DNA of 64,000 bases from Mustelus asterias (lineage: Eukaryota). The notes beneath the pieces were generated by a model, which saw only the letters and a program-made list of their open reading frames with translations, did not search any database and was not told the DNA's origin. Location of the stretch: positions 20,460,001 to 20,524,000 of the forward strand of contig NC_135808.1 of NCBI RefSeq assembly GCF_964213995.1, in the 5' to 3' direction. Position numbers and translations under genes: made by a program. Shown in pieces: positions 1 to 12,100 of the stretch; position 1 is the stretch's first letter, and each line of letters starts with the position of its first letter.

Positions 1-359
1 TCATTGGCACTGATCAAAATATAGAATATCCTTCTCTATATCCATTGTCGTTTTATCTACAACATACACACTGCACGCTTCAAGACGACGTTCCATATTC
101 AACTTCACAAGGACAGTTAGAGCTGGATAATAAAGTCTGGCCTTCCAGCGATTCAGATTTGCCTTGATTGGCTGAATATTAAGAAAAATAAACAAATAAA
201 TAAAATAGTATTTTGGATTATAATTAATGTGACATTGCACTGAAGGTTTTTTTCGTGATTCGTGTTATCCCCTCTCCATTGCCATATTTCTCCGCAGGTA
301 AACCGAAGGTGTGGTAGAAGCAGATTCACGATTATGAATAAGCTTTCTGAAGTCTTCGA

Positions 360-1210
360 GTCATAGAGGTTTACAGCATGGAAACAGGCCCTCCGGCCCA
401 ACTTGTCCATGCCGCCCTTTTTTTTAAACCCCTAAGCTAATCCCAATTGCCCATATCTCTCTATACCCATCGTACCCATGTAACTATCTAAATGCTTTTT
501 AAAAGTCAAAATTGTACCAGCCTCTACTACTATCTCTGGCAGCTTGTTCCAGACACTCACCACCCTCTGTGTGAAAAGAATTGTCCCTCTGGACACTTTT
601 GTATCTCTCCCCTCTGTCCTTAAACCTATGTGCTCTAGTTTTAGATTCCCCTACCTTTTGGAAAAGATAATGACTATCTATCTGATCTATGCCCCTCATT
701 ATTTTATAGACCTCTATAAGATCACCTCTCAGCCTCTTACGCTCCAGAGAAAAAAGTCCCAGTCTATCCAACCCCCCTTTATACTCAATCCATCAAGTCC
801 CGGTAGCATCCTAGTAAATCTTTTCTGCACTCTTTCTAGTTTAATAATATCCTTTCTATAATAGGGTGACCAGAATTGCACATAGTATTCCAAGTGTGGC
901 CTTACCAATGTCTTGTACAACTTCAACAAGACATTCCAACTCCTGTATTTAATGTTCTGACCGATGAACCCAAGCATGCCAAATGCCTTCTTCGCCATTC
1001 TGTCCACCTGTGACTCCACTTTCAAGGAGCTATGAACATGTACCCCGAGATCTCTTTGTTCTGTTACTCTCCCCAACGCCCTACCATTAACTGAGTAAGT
1101 CCTGCCCTGGTTCAATCTACCAAAATGCATCACTTTGCATTTGTCTAAATTAAACTCCATCTGCCATTCGTCAGCCCACTGGCCCAATTGATCAAGATCC
1201 GTTGCAATTG
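360..1210 (-). mobile_element. CR1 LINE 3' fragment (RT C-terminus, frameshifted)
   Basis: ORFs 729..1187 and 499..771 contain WQMEFN..KCKVMHFG, LYKTLVRPHLEY and LERKRLRGDLIEVYK. Confidence 0.92.
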
Positions 1211-1475
1211 GTCTTGCTGTCAGTCTGCTTCCAGCATTGTCTCTTTACTGGGGTTTCTCTGAAATATTTGTTCCTCGCGTTAATCGCAATGCATATATTC
1301 TGGACATTAGGGTTTCTTGCACCTTTGGCGATTTGCATTTTATTGCCATAAAAATTGAACAGAAACAGCCAATGGTGATACCCTGTATGCTTTAGTTGAA
1401 GTAATGAGGGATGTATCGACTGCCATATCTGGAGGCAACGGCGACTTTAATAATTTCTGGAGAAGAGGCGAATCT

Positions 1476-1760
1476 AAAGTTTAAAGTTTTTATTTTTGTG
1501 TCACAAGTAGGTTCACATTAACACTGCAACTAAGTTTCTGTGAAAATTTGCTGGTCACTGATGGAGAAATCAGCATGGCCAATACACCTAACCAGCACAT
1601 CTTTCAGACTGTGGGAGGAAACTGAAGCACCCGGAGGAAACCCACGCAGACACGGGGAAAACGAGCAGACTCTGCACAGACAGTGACCCAAGCTGTGAAT
1701 CAAACCCGGGTCCCTGCAGCTGTGAAGCAACAGCGCCCATCACTGTGCTACCATGCCATC
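1476..1760 (-). mobile_element. HE1-type tRNA-derived V-SINE (tail b)
   Basis: Head gcacagtg.., V-domain gtgggtttcctccgggtgct, tail gcagtgttaatgt..cttgtgac. Confidence 0.85.
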
Positions 1761-2124
1761 CTCCATCTAATGTGATCTAATCCACTGTGGTTCTTACATT
1801 AAACCTAAAATAACAACATGAAAACCCTTTACCTTTCTTCGAGCTAGTTCAACGATCAATGGAGTTCCAAATCAAGTTTCAGTTCTGCATACGTTTGGCA
1901 GTTTAAGTGAACTACGTTTCGGTTCTGTGATCCGATTGGTTCCTTACGTGGTAGCAGTGCTGCTTCCTGCTGAGGTTCCTTTTAGCCTTGTGTTGTGCAC
2001 TTCTCCAAGAGGCGAAATGCCATGTGAAACGTGCTCTTCAGAGGAGATGACAGGCCGCAAACCTGAACATAGCTATATACAGCACATTACAAACACTCAG
2101 GCCCAGTTCAGCCTTTAGTCTCAG

Positions 2125-2600
2125 AATAGAATCACAGGACGTTTACAGCACAGAAAGAGGCCTTTTGACCGATTCTGTCAATGCTGAGCAGTCAACGAGA
2201 CACCCAGCCTAATCCCACTTTCCAGCAACTGCAGGTTACAACATTTCAGGTGGACATCTAGGCACCTTTTAAATGAAATGATGGTTTCTGCTTCCAGTCT
2301 CCTTTCAAACCATGAGTTGCAGACTCATTATGAGATTTTTCTCATCTCCCGACCAATCATTTAAATCGATGCTGCCTTGTTACTAGCCTCGCTGTTAAAG
2401 TGAAATGTCCCTTTCCCTCCATTCTGTCCAGGCCTCTCACAATTATGTACACCTCAAACAAATCTCCCATCAGCTCCGCCTGGTCTAAGGAAAACAATGC
2501 CAGTCTATTCAATCTTTCTTCATTGCTGTAATTTTCCAGTTCTGGCAACATCCTCGTAAATCTCTTACCCTTTCGAGTGAAATTACATCATTACTGTTAT
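2125..2600 (-). mobile_element. Degenerate CR1 3' fragment
   Basis: ORF 2357..2551 resembles the CR1 C-terminus (EERLNRLALFSL..GDLFEVY). Confidence 0.75.
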
Positions 2601-2829
2601 GAGCTACCAAAAACTGCACACCTTTTGATTTGATTTGATTTATTATTGTCACATTTATTGGGATACAGTGAAAAGTATTATTTCTTGCGTTCTAAGCAGA
2701 CAGTACACAGGGGAGAAAGAAAAGAGAGGGTACAGAATGTAATGTTACATTCATAACTAGGATGCAGAGATAGATCAACTTAATACAGTTTATAAGTGTT
2801 AGAGTGCAGTTTTAAAAGCATAGAATGGT

Positions 2830-3205
2830 TAGGGCGGCACAGTGGCACAGTGGTAGGGTGGCACAGTGGCATAGTTGTAGGGTGGCGTGGTGTCACAGTG
2901 GTTAGCACTGCTGCCTCACAGCACCAGGGACTTGGGCTAGATTCCCGGCTTGGGTCTGTGTGTAGTTTGCATGTTCTCGTCATGTCTGCGTGGGTTTCCT
3001 CCGGGTGCTCCAGTTTCCTCCCACAGTCCAAAGATATGTTGGTTCGGTGGATTGGCCATGCCAAATTGTCCCTTAAGAGTGCCAGGGGGACTAGCTAGGC
3101 TAAATGAATTGGGTTATGGAGATAAGGCCTGGGCGAGATTGTGGTTGGTGCAGACTCGATAGGCCGAATGGCTTCGTTCTGTACTGTAGGATTCTATGAT
3201 TCTCT
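2830..3205 (+). mobile_element. HE1-type V-SINE (tail a) with a triplicated 5' end
   Basis: The ggg.ggc.cagtgg head is repeated three times before the body; (attctatg)n tail. Confidence 0.88.
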
Positions 3206-4825
3206 GATTTTATGGCCGAAATTGGAGGGCCAGTTCTATTAAAACAGAATGAAAAGATTGTCGATGCAGCTGAAGCTAGTTTTGGCATTGAAGTGATGCA
3301 GTACATGTTTGACACATGACAGCAGAATATTTCTTTTAAAATATCAATATATTTTGCCAGAACACTTTGGAAACGTTTTTGTTTGCTTACAGCAGTGGAC
3401 AACTGGTCTATAAACCTATGAGTTACGCTTTTCTGCATGGGCTTGGTGCCACGGTTCCACGCTGTAAGATACTGGTCCAGGATATTCAGAAATTCCAAAC
3501 AGAGGGAATGCTCACAAGTGAATGCCGAACAGTTTGTGAAGTACTTGTTCAGAACCAGCAGCTTTCATATGATGCACGAGGTAAATAGACAGGAAAAGCA
3601 TACAATCCATGATCGCTAAGAATTGTTTATCAATATTCAATGATGAGCAGACGGCGGATGCAGAGTGAGTGCTAATCTCTGTAGCTGTTGCTGGCAGCAT
3701 TCTGCTTTCTCGTATGTCAGGACGCGCTCCTCCTCCATCTGATTAATTGTCAATGCAGAGCTTCGGAATGCCTGTTTATAAACCATATTCTCAGGATTGG
3801 CAGCTCCCCCCCTGGCAGTCATTTGTTCGAGTCCATCTATCCAATCACCAAGGGTCAAGTACCAAAGGTTAAATATATCCTGTCCCTGATCACCATTGTG
3901 CCTCAACGTCATCTTTCAGTTCAGCTCTTGCTGGGTGTTGTTTTGCAAGTCGTGCAGATAAGACTGTGCCAGGTGGGGGAAGGAGAGAAGTAAAAACTAC
4001 TGCTGGGGATTTATGATTCTATGGCTTTTGATTCTCAAATTCTTAAATCTGTCATAAAAACCGAGAGTGCAGAAGGAGGTCATTCAGTCCATCGAGACTG
4101 CACCAACCACAATCCCACCCAGGCCCATTCCCGTAACCCCACATATTTACCCTGCTCATCCCCCTGACTCTAGGGTCAATTTATCATGGCCAATTAACTT
4201 AACGCGCACATCTTTGGCCTTGACACACGACAGGTTTTGCTGAAAGAGTCAGTTGAATGGTGGATTAATTTTGGACAATACCGAATATGTTTCAGAGGAC
4301 TCATCTAATTGTGAATTTTGCGATTGCCCAATTGGCTTAAGCATATTTCAGATGACTTGCGGTGCTATCGAACATATCCTTTGGCCAAAGTTGCGATAAA
4401 AGCGACAATTGTGTTTTCATGCTAAATTCTCCCTTAATGTACCCGAACAGGTGCTGGAATGTGGCGACTAGGGGATTTTCACAGTAACTTCATTGCAGTG
4501 TTAATGTAAGCCTACTAGTGACCAAGAAATAAACTTTAACTTTCCTTCCGGATGCAACATTGCGACTTACTTAAACTTGTGAGAAAGTTCCCTACATGAC
4601 ACCTTCTGTGGAATTTGTAGAACTTGCTGGGTAAGAAATATTGAATTGCTCCCCAAATGTTTTCGAATGGCATTCTCACATACAATAACTTCACATCTTT
4701 ACTCGCAGGATAGCTTGCTTCGCCTGATAACAACAATACTGTAACACTTGCAAAGAACTAAGAACTTCTTTGGTTCATATGATAACATTGCAGGAAATGA
4801 AACAAACGTCTTTTCGAAAAATAAG

Positions 4826-4880
4826 GAGGGATGGATAGATAGACAGACAGATAGGTAGGTAAGTTGATAGGTAGGTAGGT
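4826..4880. repeat. Compound tetranucleotide microsatellite (ggat/agat/agac/aggt)
   Basis: Read directly from the sequence. Confidence 0.8.
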
Positions 4881-4944
4881 TTGACTTTAATGTCTCTATA
4901 ATATGCAAAAAGCATGTTGTCGATGGTTGACATTGTTTAGTGGC

Positions 4945-6010
4945 TTCACTCCCGCTGGAAACAGAGGGTGGTGGTTGATAGTAAATATTCATCATGGAGT
5001 GCGGTTACAAGTGGTGTACCTCAGGGATCTGTTTTGGGGCCACTGCTGTTTGTAATATTTATTAATGATCTGGATGAGGGTATAGTTGGGTGGATTAGCA
5101 AATTTGCTGATGACACCAAAGTCGGTGGTGTGGTAGACAGTGAGGAAGGGTGTCGTAGTTTGCAGGAAGACTTAGACAGGTTGCAAAGTTGGGCCGAGAG
5201 GTGGCGGATGGAGTTTAATGAGGAGAAGTGTGAGGTAATTCACTTTGGTAGGAATAACAGATGTGTTGAGTATAGGGCTAACGGGAGGACTTTGAATAGT
5301 GTGGAGGAGCAGAGGGATCTAGGTGTATGTGTGCATAGATCCCTGAAAGTTGGGAATCAAGTAGATAAGGTTGTTAAGAAGGCATATGGTGTCTTGGCGT
5401 TTATTGGTAGGGGGATTGAATTTAGGAGTCGTAGCGTTATGTTGCAACTGTACACAACTCTGGTGCGGCCGCACTTGGAGTACTGTGTGCAGTTCTGGTC
5501 CCCACATTACAGGAAGGATGTGGAGGCTTTGGAGAGGGTGCAGAGGAGGTTTACCAGGATGTTGCCTGGTATGGAGGGGAGATCCTATGAGGAGAGGCTG
5601 AGGGATTTGGGATTGTTTTCGCTGGAAAGGCGGCGGCTAAGAGGGGATCTTATTGAAACATATAAGATGATTAGAGGTTTAGATAGGGTGGATAGTGATA
5701 GCCTTTTTCCTCTGATGGAGAAATCCAGCACGAGGGGGCATGGCTTTAAATTGAGGGGGGGTAGTTATAGAACCGATGTCAGGGGTAGGTTCTTTACCCA
5801 GAGGGTGGTGAGGGATTGGAATGCCCTGCCAGCATCAGTAGTAAATGCGCCTAGTTTGGGGGCGTTTAAGAGATCCGTAGATAGGTTCATGGACGAAAAG
5901 AAATTGGTTTAGGTTGGAGGGTCACAGTTTTTTTTTTTAACTGGTCGGTGCAACATCGTGGGCCGAAGGGCCTGTTCTGCGCTGTAATGTTCTATGTTCT
6001 ATGTTCTATA
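4945..6010 (+). mobile_element. Young 5'-truncated CR1 LINE with uninterrupted RT C-terminal ORF
   Basis: ORF 4968..5912 contains GVPQGSVLGP and FADD; (ttctatg)n tail at ~5987-6009. Confidence 0.95.
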
Positions 6011-6063
6011 TGCGACAAAACCACATGCAATCTTGTCTTTCTCCACGGATGGACAACACTTCG

Positions 6064-6117
6064 CTACACTTCATTGATTTTCAATGTACAATATTGTACA
6101 TTTTCTTCTGTATTTGT
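6064..6117 (-). CDS. Gene A terminal ITIM exon (TNTEENVQYCTLKINEV*)
   Basis: Acceptor tttcttttcatgcag|A, phase 0, TAG at 6066-6064. Contains VQYCTL; homologous to the gene B terminal exon. Confidence 0.8.
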   Translation of the reverse strand, partial: TNTEENVQYCTLKINEV

Positions 6118-9100
6118 CTGCATGAAAAGAAATAAACCCTTAAAGCAAGTAGCACCAGGAAATAGTATTTCGAAAGAAACAACGTTTTGTTATTTTGTCT
6201 ACGACAAGCTTCATCCTGATACGTTTTCATCTATCAAAGATACTGTGGTGCATGGGTGTTGAATTCCAATTTAATTTTGTCACAACTTCTTCAAGCTTTC
6301 CTCTTACTATTCAGAATTAAAATGTTAACATTGAAATCCTGTAATCAACCAGTTAACTCCAACAATGCAGTTACCTAAAATGCATCATAAAATACACTTA
6401 TCAGCCAACGTTGGTTGATCATGGGGAACGTAATAATTAGGTTTCAGTGTCGTAGAGTCACAGAGTGCCTACTAGGGCCACAATCTATTTAAACAATTCA
6501 TACAAATGATTATGGACGGATTTATCCGCCTTACTGCTGATGCTGCTGATCTTATGAACGATAGACGGATGCATAGACGGACACATAGATGCAGGGTTTT
6601 AGTTGCGTCCCTCCCTAACGTGTGATATGTTTGATGGTAACATAAAGTAAAAGTATAAGTTCATTTATTAGTCATGAGTAAGCTTACATGAACACTGCAA
6701 TGGAGTTACTGTGAAAATCCCTTAGTCGCCACACTCCTGCACCTGTTCTGGTACACTGAGGGAGAATTTAGCATGGCCAATGCACCTAACCAGCACATCT
6801 TTCAGACTGTGGGAGAAAGGCAGAGCACCCAGAGGGTACCCATGAAGACACGGGGAGAATGTGCAGACTCCGCGTAGACAGTGACCCAAGCCGGGAATCG
6901 CACCCGGGTCCCTTGTGCTAGGAGGCTGCAGTGCTGATGACTGTGCCACCGTGCCAGCACGCCCCATGCTAACTGAATTGACAATATCTTTTAACAAAGC
7001 ACACCTCACCTTTTCGTTATCTACGGAAGTTCGAAATGTTCACTTCCCTTCATTGAAGATCAATGCCCCATACTGCACATTATCGAATTCATTTGCCTGT
7101 TTAAAAAGACGGAAATACCTTATTAAACATATGAAAGAGACGACAACAATCGCTTGGTTGTTTTTAAAAGAAACAATACAATTTTATTTTAATATAATCG
7201 GGATATTTATTTCAAACAGACACCTTGATGCCCAGTTTCCTTTGACATCGTTTTAACTCAGACTTTTTTTGTCAACAATTAGCATTGAAAATTAAAATAA
7301 CATTCTACAGTTAAGCAATTGCTGGCAACTGCGTTGGTAACTCTGGCTAGTTATTTAGTCATTAACTGACTGTGGGTAACGCCATTTGCAATATATTATC
7401 ATTGTGTCAGTTTTGTGCTGTCAGTAAAATATTTAAAATGGGGAGGAGGTGGCATAGTTGTATTGCCACTGAACTTGTAATCCAGAGACACAGCGTAATT
7501 CTTTGGGAACCCGAGTTCATTGCGATCGTCATAAAAAGCCATCCTGTTCACTAATATCCTTTCAGAAAGAAAATGTACAGCTTTTACCTGCTCTGGCGTA
7601 TATGTGGCACCAGACCCACATCAGTTTCATTAACTCTTAAATTCCCTCTGAAATGGCCTGGCATGCTACTGAGTTCAAGGTCAAGGAAAGCATCATTCGC
7701 ACTGCTCAGATACTGAAACAATCTATGTTCAAATGCAGCGAGATCTGAACAACATCCAGACTTGGGCTGACAAGTGGCAAGTAACACTCGTGCACACAAA
7801 TGCCAGGTAATAATCATCACTAATAACAGACACTCTAACCACCGCACCTTGACATGCAATGATGTTACCATCACTGAATCCCCCACTGTCAACATCCTTA
7901 GGGATTACCATTGACCAGGTACTCAATTGGAATTGCCACATTAACATAGTGGCGACAAGAGCAGGTCAGAGGCTAGAAATATTGCAGTGAGTAACTCAGC
8001 TCGCGACTCCCCAAAGCTTATCCACCATTTACAAGGCACAAGTCAGGAGTGTGATCGAATGCCCCCCACTTGCCTGGATGGGTGCAACTCCAACAATACT
8101 CAAGATGGTTGACACCATCCAGGACAAAGCAGCATGCTTGATTAGCACCACACCTACAAACATCCTCTCCCTCTACCACTGACGGTCAGTAGCAGCAGTA
8201 TGTACTATCTACAAGATGCACTGCAGCAATTCACCAAATTTCCTTCGACAGAACCTTCCCAACCCATGACAACTTTCATCTAGAAGGACAAGGGCAGCAG
8301 ATACATGGGAGCACCATCACCTGCAAGTTCCCCTTCAAGGCCACTCACCTCCTTCACTTTGAAATATATCACCTGTTCCTTCACAGTCGCTGGGTCAAAA
8401 TCTTGAAATTCCCTCCCTAATGGCATTGTGGGCTACCCCACATCACATGGACTGCAGCGATTCAAGAAGGCGGTTCACCATCACCTTCTCATGGGAAACT
8501 ACGGATGGGCAGCAAATGCTGGCCAGCCAGTGACACCCATGTCCCACGAATGAATTTTAAAAAGGCTGGACAACAAATGCTGACCCATCTAGCAATGCCG
8601 ACATCCCAAAAATGAATTTTTAAAAACCATATGAATAATCTCGCAATTATTTATGATCGGAATGATTTTTTTTAATGACAATTTTTAAGTCTCAATAGTT
8701 CAGCAGTTACAAGGTTTCGAATGAAAGCAGATATGAATAGACTAGATGCATTCTTCTTACTGACCTCTGATAGGACAGTTAAGTTGGTACTCCAAATAAC
8801 TTAATCACTCGTCAGCGTGGCAAAAACAGACCAGGGTAGGTCTCATCATTCTGGGATGCCAGTTGTAAAACACAGTAAGAGATTCCTTCGCTCTGATGGC
8901 TAGTACATTAGAACATGATATTTTCAAATTAGTTCCATTCACTATCTCAAGCAGTCGGTTGAGTTTGAGAAGTGTACTCAAGGATTAGATCAGCAACCTG
9001 AATCGCAACCTGCTTAATGAGGTCTGCCGAGAAGTGCTGATTCTGAGGTTAAAGTTTTAAAGTTGACAGCTTATTTATTAGTGTCACAAGTAGGCTTACA

Positions 9101-12100
9101 TTAACACTGCAATGAAGCTACTGTGACAATCCCCTCGTTGCCACACTGCGGCGCCTGTTTGGGCACATTTAGGGAGAATTTAGCCTGGCCAATGCACCTA
9201 ACCAGCATGTCTTTCAGACTGGGGGAGGAAACCAGAGCACCCGGAGGAAACCCATGCAGACACGGGGAGAACATGCAGACTCCGCACAGGCAGGGAATCT
9301 GGTGCTGTGAGGCAGCAGTCCCAACCGAGGTGCCACTTTGCCACCCCTAGTGATCCTGATATGTTTTCATATATTAAAGATACAGTGATGCGCGGGTGTA
9401 ATTTCTGCCCAATTTAATTTTGCCATAATTTCCTCAAGTTTTCCTGTCATTCAGAATTAAAACTTTAACATTGGAGTCCTATTATCAACCAGTTATTTCC
9501 AACAATGCAGTTGGCTAATCTGACTAGTTTTTAAATGAACCCAATTACCATAAATTACATTTATCAGCCAACGTTGGTTGATCATGCGGAACGTAATAAT
9601 TAGGTTTCAGTGTCGTAGAGTCATGGAATGCATGCTAGGGCCACAATCTATTTAGGCATTTCATGCAAATAATTATGGAAGGACTTATCCGCCTTATTGA
9701 TGATGTTGCTGATCTTATGTACGATAGACGGATGGATAGACGGACAAACGGATGCAGGGTTTTAGTTGCGTGTCTCCGTAATGTGTAATATACTTGATGG
9801 TAACATGCTAACTGAATTGAAAATCATTTTATTTAACGAAGCATACCTCACCTTATCGTTAGCTACAGAAGGTTGGAATGTTCGCTTTCCTTCATTGAAG
9901 ATCAGTGTGCCATACTGCACATTATCAAATTCATTCGCCTGCTTAAAGAGACGGAAAATACCTTATTAAACACAATAAATAGATGACAACAATCGCTTCG
10001 TTGTTTTTGTAAGGAGCAAAACAATTTTATTTTCATACATTCGGGCGATTTATTTTGTACAGGTGCCTTGGATGCCCAGTTTCCTTTGACATCGTTTTAA
10101 CTCAGACTTATTTTTGCCAACAATTAGCATTTAAAGTTAAAATACCATTCTACAGTTAAGCAATTGCCAGCAACCACGTTGGTAACTGTAACTTGTTATT
10201 TAGTCATTTACTGACTGTGGGTAACGCCGTTGGCAATATATTTGGTCAGGTGCATTGACCCGAACAGGTACCAAACTGTGCCGACTCAGGAATTTCACAG
10301 TAGCTTCATTGCAGTGTTAATGTAAGTTTTACTTATGACTAATAAATTAATTTTAACTTTAACTTTATCCTTGTGTCAGTTTTGTGCTGTCTGTAAAATA
10401 TTTAAAATGGGGAGAAGGTGGTGTAGTTCTATTGCCACTGGACTGGTAATCAAGAGACTCAGGGTAATGTTATGGGGACCCGAGTTCATTGCCGATTGTC
10501 ATTTTAAAAAATTGGTTCACTAATATCCTTTCGGAAAGGAAATCTACAGCTTTCACCTGCTCTGGCGTATAAGTGGCACCAGACCCACAACAATGTGATT
10601 GACTCTTAAATGCCCTCTGAAATGGCCTGGCATGCTACTCAGGTCAAGGTCAAGGTCAGCACCATTCAAATACTGAAGCAGTCCATGTTCAAATGCAGCA
10701 AGATCTGGACAATATCCACGCTTGGGCTGACAAGTTGCAAGTGACATTTGCGCCACACAAATGCGCCATCACCAATAAGAGACACTCTAACACCGCCCTT
10801 TGACATTCAATGATGCTACCATCACTGAATCTCCCAATATCAACATCCTTGGGGGTTACCATTGACCAGATGCTCAATTGGACTTGCCACATTAACACAG
10901 TGGCTACAAGAGCAGGTCAATGTCTAGGACTAACTGTGGTGAGTAACTCACCTCCCGACCCCCCAAAGCTTATCCGCCATCTTCAAGGCACAAATCAGGA
11001 GTGTGATGGAATATTCCTCACTTTCCTGGCTGGGTGCAGCTCCAATAACACTCAAGAAGCTTGACACCATCCAGGACAAAGCAGCCCACTTAATTGGCAC
11101 CACATCTACAAATATCCACTCCCTCCACCACCGATAGTCAGTAGCAGCAGTATGTACTATCTACAAGTTGCACTGCAGGAATTCACCAAAGATCCTTAGA
11201 CAGCACCCTCCAACCCCATGACCACATCCATCTAGAAGGACAAGGGCAACAGATACATGGGAACACCAACACCTGCAAGTTCCCCTCCAAGCCACTCACC
11301 ATCCTGACATGGAAACATATCACCTGTTCCTTCGCATCTGCTGGGTCAAAATCCTGAAATTCCCTCCCTAACGGCATTGTGGGTCAACCTACAGCACAGG
11401 GACTGCAGCGATTCCAGAGGCTCACCACCACCACCTTCTCAAGGGTGACTAACGATGGGCAATGAATGCTGGACAGACATCGACGCCCATGTCCCATGAA
11501 TGAATAAAAAGAAAGGGATGGACAACCAATGCTGGCCCAGCCAGCAATGCCAGCATCCCATGAATGAATTAAAAATCATATGAATAATCTCAGATTTATT
11601 TATGATCAGAATGATTTTTACTAACAATATTTTAAGTCTCAATAGTTCAGCTGTTACAAGTGCATTGTTTGATAAGGTTGTGAATGACAGCAGATATGAA
11701 TAGACCAGCTGCGTTCTTCTTACTGATCTCTGATGGGATCGTTAAGTTGGTGCTGCAAATAAATTACTCACACATCAGTTCGTGTGGCAAAAAAACCCAC
11801 CAGGGTAGTTCTCATCATTCTGGAATGGCAGTTATAAAACACAGTAAGAGATTCCTTCGCTCTGATAGTTAGTACATTAGAACATGATATTTTCAAAATA
11901 GTTCCATTCACCATCTCAAGCAGCCGGTTGAGTTTGAGAAATGTTTTCAAGGATTAGATCAGCAACCTGAATCACAACCTGCTTAATGAGGTATGCCGAG
12001 AAATGCAGATTTTGAGGTTAAAGTTTTAAAATTTAAAGCTGATTTATTCATGTCACAAGTAGGCTTACATTAACACTAATGATAAAAATCCCCTCATTGT

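Noticed and set aside
2830-2910. Many CACAGTG heptamers near Ig-like genes, suggesting V(D)J recombination signals
   Set aside because: They are part of the SINE head (ggcacagtggttagc), have no correctly spaced nonamer and do not abut the V exons.
3100-3993. Overlapping ORFs of 60-132 aa with exon-like splice signals on both strands
   Set aside because: There is no recognisable protein family and no consistent frame linking them to the gene models; they would need RNA evidence.
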